Virus record (IMG/VR): IMGVR_UViG_3300007512_001547
Span: 32,001 to 96,000 of that record
Origin: a virus
Reading direction: 5' to 3' (one strand)
Length of the DNA stretch: 64,000 nt
Under the pieces are notes generated by a model. That model saw only the letters and a list, made by a program, of their open reading frames with translations, was not told where the DNA came from and searched no databases. Positions 39,163 to 46,736 of the stretch are shown here, in pieces. A program made the translations under genes and the position numbers. How positions within the stretch are numbered: position 1 is the stretch's first letter; the number at the start of each line of letters is the position of its first letter.

Positions 39163-39543
39163 ATGAAAAAACTATTATTAACTTTATTTTTTATATTATT
39201 TACTTTTCCAATATATGCAAAAGAACACTTACAATTGTTAATGGCACACAATCCAGGTTGTAATATTTGTCAAAATTTTATTAACGAAGTAGCAGTAGAC
39301 TATAACGATACTGAACAATCAAGGTATCTTCCATTAGTCATAATTAATGTATATAAACAACCTGAATGGTTTAAAGAAGCATATGCTGAAAACAGAATTA
39401 AACATATTAGAGGAACACCAACATTTATTATATGGAATGGTAAAAAAGAGTTATCAAGACTTACTGGTTATAGAGACAAAGGCGATTTTATGATAAGAAT
39501 TAACATTTTTATTGAGGAACACAAATTAGATTATGAGAATTAA
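39163..39543 (+). CDS. Exported thioredoxin-fold protein (SoxS/SoxW-like)
   Basis: Signal peptide; PGCNIC; GTPTF; RLTGY. Confidence 0.75.
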   Translation: MKKLLLTLFFILFTFPIYAKEHLQLLMAHNPGCNICQNFINEVAVDYNDTEQSRYLPLVIINVYKQPEWFKEAYAENRIKHIRGTPTFIIWNGKKELSRLTGYRDKGDFMIRINIFIEEHKLDYEN

Positions 39544-40180
39544 TGAAATTATAGGTGAATGGCTGATAATGCCCCAATCAATTAAACCTATGGGTTTAAT
39601 TAGAAAACCTGGTGGGGGTTTTGACTTTAAAAATAAAGGCAACAACAGAGCCAACGAAAAAGCACCTCCTGGCAGAGAAAAACAAGTTAAAGCATTAAAA
39701 GGCAAGGTTGATAATCCATATGCAGTTGCTTGGGCTTCTTATAACAAAAGCAAAAATAAAACTAATGAAGCACCGATAGAACAAGATCATAACAATCCTA
39801 TAGCAAAACCATATGTTGATATGCCAGAATGGAAAGCATTACACGATATGGATGACAAAATTATTGACGCATACATTAAACACAAACAAGTAAAAGAAGA
39901 GGTAGATCAATTTGCACCAGCAAGAGCATTAGGTGAAGCTCAATCTTCTTTAATGCATGGATTACAAATGGCTCAAAATATAATTAAAAAAGATTATAAA
40001 TTGGCAGAAGTTCAAGCCAAAGTCATTGCAGAAAATTGGCCACCTTTGATTGATAAAATTCAAAACATATACAAAAAAGAAGATGCCGCCGGTGTTGGTA
40101 TTATTACCAAACAAAACACCACTAAAGACGTCAAACCTGGCGACGAATATAAGAACGTAAAAAAATTACACCTTAGATAA
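39533..40180 (+). CDS. Putative multi-module head protein
   Basis: N-terminus MRINEIIGE; short modules separated by NE/KE sites. Confidence 0.55.
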   Translation: MRINEIIGEWLIMPQSIKPMGLIRKPGGGFDFKNKGNNRANEKAPPGREKQVKALKGKVDNPYAVAWASYNKSKNKTNEAPIEQDHNNPIAKPYVDMPEWKALHDMDDKIIDAYIKHKQVKEEVDQFAPARALGEAQSSLMHGLQMAQNIIKKDYKLAEVQAKVIAENWPPLIDKIQNIYKKEDAAGVGIITKQNTTKDVKPGDEYKNVKKLHLR

Positions 40181-40202
40181 TACAAATAATTACTTTATAC
40201 GT

Positions 40203-40946
40203 ATGATACACCTTAGAAGTTTTGGTAATAATGACGATCCTGTTATGGGAGCAGGAAACTCAACTTGGGACGCTAATTCAGGTTTACGGAAAAAAATAAT
40301 GTTTGAAAATATATCTAAGTTGCCTTACGACTTTAATAATAAAAAAATTTTAACAATAGCAGGAGGAGTAGGCAGAAATGCCGATACTCTTAGAAACTTA
40401 GGTGCAAAAGTAACAAATTCTGATTTAGGTCAACTTTGCGTTAATATTGGAAAAAGATATTACCCTAAAATTAATCATATTGTTTATGACCTGCGTAATG
40501 ATCCTTTGGAAGGATTTGACTATGTTGTATGGGAACAAATATGGACTAGAGCATATGATTTTAAAACATGGGAACATATGTATAAGTGGAAAAATTTTGC
40601 AAGAATTATTCCAAATCCGATACGATTAAAAATTTTTAAATTTAATAGTGATTACATAGATAAGACTTATTATCAACCTGAAAAAATTGGTAATGATTAT
40701 ATTAAAAGACAATTTGGTGATGGAATTTGTAATGTTAAAATGGAAACTGATATAATTGAAGATTTAATTGAAGAAGATATTGAAATTGATCTATTCAATC
40801 TGAACATTAATATACCAAAGGTGTCAAGTCATAGGTATCAAATTTTAGGTTTTAAGACAGAGCTTATTTCTAACAGAATAAATGGAATTTTTATATCCAA
40901 TGGTATAAGATTAAAATTTGAAAACGGAAAAATCAAAAAAATATGA
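40203..40946 (+). CDS. Class I SAM methyltransferase-like protein
   Basis: KKILTIAGGVG...VTNSD motif I/II pattern. Confidence 0.5.
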   Translation: MIHLRSFGNNDDPVMGAGNSTWDANSGLRKKIMFENISKLPYDFNNKKILTIAGGVGRNADTLRNLGAKVTNSDLGQLCVNIGKRYYPKINHIVYDLRNDPLEGFDYVVWEQIWTRAYDFKTWEHMYKWKNFARIIPNPIRLKIFKFNSDYIDKTYYQPEKIGNDYIKRQFGDGICNVKMETDIIEDLIEEDIEIDLFNLNINIPKVSSHRYQILGFKTELISNRINGIFISNGIRLKFENGKIKKI

Positions 40947-41815
40947 GTTATATATTAGGTATTGGTTTACTATATAAAAAGTATAAAAAAAATGCAACAA
41001 TTAGAATTTATATAAACAATAATTTAATTGAAACATATCAATTAACACAAGACATCAATCATATAGAAATACCCACAAGTATAATAAAAAGTTTTATGAA
41101 AAAACTCAAACGGTTTAACCATAATTCTCTCTCCATTCCTGATCTAATTCAAATTAAATGTAAAATTCCAAAATTTTTAAAATTAATTGAAATTGAAGAA
41201 GAAAAACTTACTGGAGAAGTTAGAATTGAAGTTGACAATGATGATAGTAATTATACTAATGGATTTATGTCAAAGTCATCACTAATAGAACCAAATTTTT
41301 TTATACTTTGTCCAAAAGAACTTTTAAAAAACAATGGGCAGTTTTTTTTCGAATTCCAAGAAAACCTATACAAAAAATTAGTATCTAAGATTGAAAAAGA
41401 TAAGGATTTTTCGATCCGGAGCGAAAAACCCAGACTGGAGTGGCCAATACCTCAATTTTTTGATATTGTTTTAGATAGAAACAATAAAATTAATAAAATT
41501 AAAAAAGATTGTGAAAAACAAGAACTTTGGTATCAACGTAATGGGGCATATAAGGATAATCAGAAAAATTATAACTTTCCAAGAACAAAATGGATAGATC
41601 TTTTTAAAAAACGTGGTACTTTAGCTGACCCTTATGTTTTACCATATTTTACACAATATCCACAATATATTGGAGGATCATTTCATATAACATTTAACAT
41701 TAACAAAAAGAATAAAATATATTTTCTAGACGCATATAATGTAACTAGTGGAAACCCTACAGTTTCTATGCAAACCTTTTCGTTTGCCCACTACTTTTCC
41801 CATAAATATAAGTAA
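40943..41815 (+). CDS. Hypothetical protein
   Basis: VRIEVDNDDSNYTNGFMSKSS; very AT-rich. Confidence 0.55.
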   Translation: MSYILGIGLLYKKYKKNATIRIYINNNLIETYQLTQDINHIEIPTSIIKSFMKKLKRFNHNSLSIPDLIQIKCKIPKFLKLIEIEEEKLTGEVRIEVDNDDSNYTNGFMSKSSLIEPNFFILCPKELLKNNGQFFFEFQENLYKKLVSKIEKDKDFSIRSEKPRLEWPIPQFFDIVLDRNNKINKIKKDCEKQELWYQRNGAYKDNQKNYNFPRTKWIDLFKKRGTLADPYVLPYFTQYPQYIGGSFHITFNINKKNKIYFLDAYNVTSGNPTVSMQTFSFAHYFSHKYK

Positions 41816-42102
41816 TGAAAATTACAGAAATTATAATACATAAACGAATAGGTGAACAAGCAACTGCAGGTGCTACATCAAGCGGCAATATAGCAACAGT
41901 TACATCACCACACGTTGCAATAGGCAAGGATAGAGGTAATAAATCCTATATAGGATCACCAGGACGTTCAGGCACAAAAGCACCAAAACTACCTAAAATA
42001 GTACAAAAGAAAAATAAAGACGGTACAGCTAAACCATGGCATGAATTAGGAAAAGGTACTAGTATGTTTGGTGGGCCTGTACAACGGAGACCATATCCAT
42101 AA
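41815..42102 (+). CDS. Putative head-packaged protein
   Basis: TAAATA 41803-41808; MKITEII...EQATAGATSSGNIA. Confidence 0.6.
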   Translation: MKITEIIIHKRIGEQATAGATSSGNIATVTSPHVAIGKDRGNKSYIGSPGRSGTKAPKLPKIVQKKNKDGTAKPWHELGKGTSMFGGPVQRRPYP

Positions 42103-42248
42103 TGGAACTAAAAAAATGCAAGAACTGTGGTGGTGATTCACACTGCGAAACTAGAGCTACAAGAACGGAACATAGGTATCCATCTGAAGGCGGCGAAGAA
42201 TATGAAATAGAAGTATGCCGTGAATGTAGATGCGACACTTGTAAATAA
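42102..42248 (+). CDS. 48-aa Cys-rich peptide (below the ORF-track cutoff)
   Basis: Hand translation MELKKCKNCGGDSHCETRATRTEHRYPSEGGEEYEIEVCRECRCDTCK; TAATG overlap with the upstream gene. Confidence 0.6.
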   Translation: MELKKCKNCGGDSHCETRATRTEHRYPSEGGEEYEIEVCRECRCDTCK

Positions 42249-42256
42249 ATACTACT

Positions 42257-42676
42257 ATGAAAGCACAAGAATTTATTCAAGAAGGCGCATCAATGTTACC
42301 TTACTTTAAAAAAGATGAAAAAACTTGGTCTTTTCCAGATGCTTGGGCAAAAGACGAAGCATTAGACACACCTTATATGAGTAATATGAGTATGCGTCAG
42401 TTTTTAGACACACTAGGATATGACAGTGATTTTGAAAGTGCAAGTCCAGTAGATGCAAAAGAATTTATAGGACGTACTACACAATGGTTACAAAAAAATA
42501 TTGATAAACCATCACAAGAAATTCCAACAACAGTTGATAGATCCGGAGGCGGTGCTACAATGATAGGTGGCGGAAAACCAGAAGGTTGGGATAATAGACA
42601 AGTAAAACATCATAACGAATTAGCAAGAAAAATTTTAGCAAAATATCCAGAAGTAACACATTTTGGATTTAATTAA
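42257..42676 (+). CDS. Putative head-packaged protein
   Basis: TAAATA 42246-42251; N-terminus MKAQEFIQE. Confidence 0.6.
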   Translation: MKAQEFIQEGASMLPYFKKDEKTWSFPDAWAKDEALDTPYMSNMSMRQFLDTLGYDSDFESASPVDAKEFIGRTTQWLQKNIDKPSQEIPTTVDRSGGGATMIGGGKPEGWDNRQVKHHNELARKILAKYPEVTHFGFN

Positions 42677-42677
42677 T

Positions 42678-44804
42678 ATGAAATATAACGAATTTAATAA
42701 CCCTAGAGAAAAACCACAAGTTAGACCAGTAACAACCATGACGTCAAAAGAGCTTGGTGATAGAATAGAAAAAGCAAGAGCAAAAAATTATAAAAAACCT
42801 GAACCATTGGACTTTACAAAATTATGGAGTAAAGAAAAACCAGCAGTAGAAGCAGGTGTAACACCAGGCGGAACAAAAGTTGATTATGCCAATATAATGT
42901 TTCGTGGTAAAGAAATAGATCATAATAGTATAGAATATGAAATGCAGGATTTTAGTGATATGATTTATGAGCTACATGGAGCAAAATATATAGATGGTAC
43001 ACCTTTAACTGATGAAGAATTACAAGAACTTGAAAGGACAGACGAATTTACTGACTGGGTTAGTATGGATTATGCATCATCTGGACCAGATGCGCCAGAC
43101 GATTATCCATTTGAAGAAGACGGTATGACATCTGCTGATGTTGATCGAATAAGAAACCAAAAGTTTACTACCAACCAAATTAAACAGGCTTATCGTGTTT
43201 TAAATCATCCAAGAGTTAAAGGTGGCAATTATACAGCCGCTTATAATATTATTAATAGAATTGCTCCTGGTCTAGCAGATCACCCAGATGTTGCAAACGC
43301 ATTAAGAAGAGCAAATGAAATGAAAGAAGATATAACAACAATGGCATCAAGAGTAATCAGAAATTATGCTAGAGAGATTGGTCCGGATTCCATGGACTAT
43401 GGTATGTTTATGACATCAGCAGAACTATTAGACAAAGGTATGCTGAAATCATTAGCACAACTTATAGATAAGTCAGATACCGCTCCAAGAGAATACGTAA
43501 TGAAAAAAATAGCGGATCATGATCCAGAGACATTTAAAAAAATGTATGGTGACCAAGAGGGTTATCTTTCTGTAATGAAACCAGCACAAGATTTAAAAGA
43601 TGCTGACTACAATAACTCTTTACAAAATAAATTAGATAAAGCTATGCAAGAATACGACTCACCAGAAAAGAAAGCAGAACGTGATGCATTAATGAAAAAG
43701 TATCTTGCTAAAGGTGGAAAAGTTGAAAAAGTACCAACAGGAAAAACTGCATACAAAGGAAAAGAATTAAAACCACAATATAAAAAAGATAATGGAACAC
43801 CAATTACAAGTCCAATGAGCGACGAATCAGTGCAAGAAGACATTTCAGAAAAAGGCAGAATTGCTTTAGAAAAAGCAGGATTTGATCCAAATGCAATTCA
43901 TGAGTATATGGCAGTGTTCAATGACCACGGTGATACTTCAGAGTTAGAAGACATGAACGAAGTTAAAATTGGAGTAGCAGATGCTATGGCCATGGTGTTA
44001 GCATCTCACGATGCTGGAGATATGTATCCAAAAAGTCCATATAGTAGTGATCCAAAATATAGAAGTAAAGAATCAGTTGAAGAATCATCTATCAAACCTT
44101 ATGTGTCAATGTATAAAGGTGATGATGGAAAAACTGTATATGACGTACTAGACAAAGACGGTAAATCAGCATACAAAACAAAAGATGAAAGATTAGCACA
44201 GCATTACTTCAAAAAAAATTATCAAAAATTAAAAGAAGACGGCGCTCCATTTGGTTCAGGCATGGAACTTTTAAGAATGGCAATTATGAGAAAGTTTATT
44301 ACTGTTCAAGAATGGGATTTATTAAAACACAAATGGAAAGAAGCGGCCGCTGAAGTTGAACAACAATATAGTGATTGGCCAGAAGGCGAAGGTTTTGGAT
44401 CATCAGATCACAACTTTGCAATTAGAGATTTAATGACTGCTGTTGGATATGAATTTGATGACCAAGATACAAGTGGTAGATTTGTTGTTACAAAACAACC
44501 AGAAGAAATAGAAAAAGCAGGTATTAAAAATGTTAGAATGCAAGGTGAACCTGTTGCAACAGAAGGTGGTATGCCTGCTTCAATTATTAAACATAAACAA
44601 AAACTTGCACATATGTCTGATGAAGAATTAGCAGATAGATTTAAAGATTTTGATGAACAAAGATTAAGACAAATGGCTTGGAGACACGGATATGGTAAAA
44701 TGAGTTCTCATTACTTGGACAGAGTTAGAAACCATATGACTAGCAAAAGAACTGGAACATACGAATCAAAACTTGCTAATATGTTAAATCAACGTCTTAA
44801 ATAA
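42678..44804 (+). CDS. Multi-module putative head polyprotein containing a SutA-like segment
   Basis: Start MKYNEF; modules separated by AVE, FEE, MKE, VQE, VEE, LKE, ATE; segment KKAERDALMKKYLAKGGKVEKV. Confidence 0.6.
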   Translation: MKYNEFNNPREKPQVRPVTTMTSKELGDRIEKARAKNYKKPEPLDFTKLWSKEKPAVEAGVTPGGTKVDYANIMFRGKEIDHNSIEYEMQDFSDMIYELHGAKYIDGTPLTDEELQELERTDEFTDWVSMDYASSGPDAPDDYPFEEDGMTSADVDRIRNQKFTTNQIKQAYRVLNHPRVKGGNYTAAYNIINRIAPGLADHPDVANALRRANEMKEDITTMASRVIRNYAREIGPDSMDYGMFMTSAELLDKGMLKSLAQLIDKSDTAPREYVMKKIADHDPETFKKMYGDQEGYLSVMKPAQDLKDADYNNSLQNKLDKAMQEYDSPEKKAERDALMKKYLAKGGKVEKVPTGKTAYKGKELKPQYKKDNGTPITSPMSDESVQEDISEKGRIALEKAGFDPNAIHEYMAVFNDHGDTSELEDMNEVKIGVADAMAMVLASHDAGDMYPKSPYSSDPKYRSKESVEESSIKPYVSMYKGDDGKTVYDVLDKDGKSAYKTKDERLAQHYFKKNYQKLKEDGAPFGSGMELLRMAIMRKFITVQEWDLLKHKWKEAAAEVEQQYSDWPEGEGFGSSDHNFAIRDLMTAVGYEFDDQDTSGRFVVTKQPEEIEKAGIKNVRMQGEPVATEGGMPASIIKHKQKLAHMSDEELADRFKDFDEQRLRQMAWRHGYGKMSSHYLDRVRNHMTSKRTGTYESKLANMLNQRLK

Positions 44805-44829
44805 AACTACAACAAATATAAATACTTAG

Positions 44830-45663
44830 ATGGCACATAATAAATCCGAAGATAATAGTTTTAGAGACCTGGTTGCTCGTTTAAACGCAATGAGTAACAT
44901 GACTCCTGAGCAAGAACGTGCATCTCTAATGGAATCAGTTGGCAAGGCACCAAAAGTACTAGACGACAAAGACATTTCATTAGCAGATATTGCCAAATTA
45001 GCAGGTATTAAAGAATATGTTGAACCTGTAAAAGTTTCTAAAAAAGCACAAAAACTAGTTGAGGAAATTACTAAAGAACCAAAAGTAGAATCAAGCATAG
45101 CTAAAGCAATAGCAGAGTCTGACGCTGATGATTCAATATCAACAAACATTAAAAAAGCAGTAACAGAAGAAAGCAATAGATTAGATAAAATTACTGAACT
45201 TGAAGCACAACTAGCAGAATTAAAAGCAGAACAAAAAGAAGAACAAACATATGATAGTAAAGCATTTAGAGACGTTATCTCAACAGATATCGCAGAATAT
45301 ATTAAAAACGCAGAAGAATCTCAACTTGTTGAATTATACAACACTTTCTCAGACAATGAAGCAATTTACAATGAAGAACAAAAAAGCATTCTTGTCAAAA
45401 CTCCAGAAACTACAGAAATAATTGCAGACGCAGAAAAAGCAGAAGCACCTGAAGAAGATGAAGTTGTTCAAGAAAAAGAACCAGAAGAAAGATCAGTAGA
45501 CTTAGATAAAGAAGTTTTACCAGATCCTGGAACACCATCAGTAGAAACACCTGCTGTAGAAGATGGTGGCGAAGAAGTTGAACTAGATGCTGTTGAACCA
45601 GCAATTGAAGTCCCTCAACAAGATAAATTTACCAACGATTTAGACCCAGTAGAAAAAAAATAA
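44830..45663 (+). CDS. Acidic coiled-coil putative head/scaffold-like protein
   Basis: TAAATA 44819-44824; IAKLAGIKE; Glu-rich tail. Confidence 0.55.
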   Translation: MAHNKSEDNSFRDLVARLNAMSNMTPEQERASLMESVGKAPKVLDDKDISLADIAKLAGIKEYVEPVKVSKKAQKLVEEITKEPKVESSIAKAIAESDADDSISTNIKKAVTEESNRLDKITELEAQLAELKAEQKEEQTYDSKAFRDVISTDIAEYIKNAEESQLVELYNTFSDNEAIYNEEQKSILVKTPETTEIIADAEKAEAPEEDEVVQEKEPEERSVDLDKEVLPDPGTPSVETPAVEDGGEEVELDAVEPAIEVPQQDKFTNDLDPVEKK

Positions 45664-45672
45664 ATACCCTAT

Positions 45673-45909
45673 ATGACGGGTATTCCTTACAACTATAAAG
45701 ATTATATTAATGACGTTACTAAAATGCGTCAAAGAGGAGCCATTAGTGCAGGTGAACAAGTAAAATCTCCTAACAGTGCTGGTAGTAGAGGACTTGCAAA
45801 AGTTGAAGCATTTGCTGATAGTCCAAATCAAATAATGAAAAATAACGATGTAGTTGAAGAACACGATCAAGAATTACAACGTATCATGAAATTAGCGGGT
45901 CTACTCTAA
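45673..45909 (+). CDS. Small putative head protein
   Basis: TAAATA 45661-45666; C-terminal ELQRIMKLAGL. Confidence 0.55.
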   Translation: MTGIPYNYKDYINDVTKMRQRGAISAGEQVKSPNSAGSRGLAKVEAFADSPNQIMKNNDVVEEHDQELQRIMKLAGLL

Positions 45910-45916
45910 AAACCAT

Positions 45917-45945
45917 TTGCATATCATCTAAAACTGTTATATACT
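45917..45945 (+). promoter_or_regulatory. Sigma70-like promoter of the replication operon
   Basis: TTGCAT-17 nt-TATACT; AGGAG RBS before 45968. Confidence 0.6.
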
Positions 45946-45967
45946 TGTTATAACAACAGGAGAAACT

Positions 45968-46225
45968 ATGGCAGTAAGAAACTTTAACGAAGAAGAAAAA
46001 CAAAAATTAATCCAAATTATATCACAAGGTTCACAAGTGTTAGGTGAAGTTGATGATTTACGATCTGGATTAAGAGATACCGTTAAGTCAATTGCAGAGG
46101 AATTAGAATTAAAACCTGCATTAATCAACAAAGCAATTTCCGTTGCACATAAAGGCAATTACCAAAATATTGCTGATGACATGGACGCATTAGAAAGCAT
46201 ACTAAACTCAGTCGGTAAACTTTAG
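45968..46225 (+). CDS. T4 DsbA/GapR(DUF2312)-like dsDNA-binding protein
   Basis: Helical EVDDLRSGLRDTVKSIAEELELKPALINKAISVAHK pattern. Confidence 0.6.
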   Translation: MAVRNFNEEEKQKLIQIISQGSQVLGEVDDLRSGLRDTVKSIAEELELKPALINKAISVAHKGNYQNIADDMDALESILNSVGKL

Positions 46226-46503
46226 TGTATCGTTTACTCAAAGAATTTTGGGTAACAAGTTACAAACAAGATAAAATTGCTTTTTACCTAGAAGTATTTT
46301 CAGTCTCAGTTACGGTAGCAGGATCATATCTATTAACTTTTACCTCCCCAGGACCAGATATGCGTTTGATTTTTCCATTGTATCTTTTAGGTTCATCTAC
46401 TCTTGCATATGCATCATGGCGTAGAAGGATAATTTGGACTTGCGTTTTGGCATCATGGTTTACTATAATGAATGTAATAGGAAATTTTAGAGTATTTTTA
46501 TGA
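46225..46503 (+). CDS. Small multi-TM membrane protein
   Basis: Three hydrophobic segments; GTG start. Confidence 0.55.
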   Translation: MYRLLKEFWVTSYKQDKIAFYLEVFSVSVTVAGSYLLTFTSPGPDMRLIFPLYLLGSSTLAYASWRRRIIWTCVLASWFTIMNVIGNFRVFL

Positions 46504-46736
46504 GAACAAAAACAAAATATATTCACGTTAATCAACACAAAATTCGTTCAAATAAAAAACATGGCTTAAATGATCCAGTTATCACAATTAAACAAGGTTC
46601 TAAAAATACTTACTGTCACGAGGTTGCAATATTAGGACCAAGCCAAGTATTATATGGAGGTAATAATAAACCTTTACTTCCTTGTGGTGCTAGAGTTGTT
46701 ATTAAAACAGAAAGTGATGTTGAAATTATTAAATGA
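46500..46736 (+). CDS. Conserved phage hypothetical protein
   Basis: IHVNQHKIRSN...YCHEV...LPCGARVVI. Confidence 0.6.
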   Translation: MRTKTKYIHVNQHKIRSNKKHGLNDPVITIKQGSKNTYCHEVAILGPSQVLYGGNNKPLLPCGARVVIKTESDVEIIK

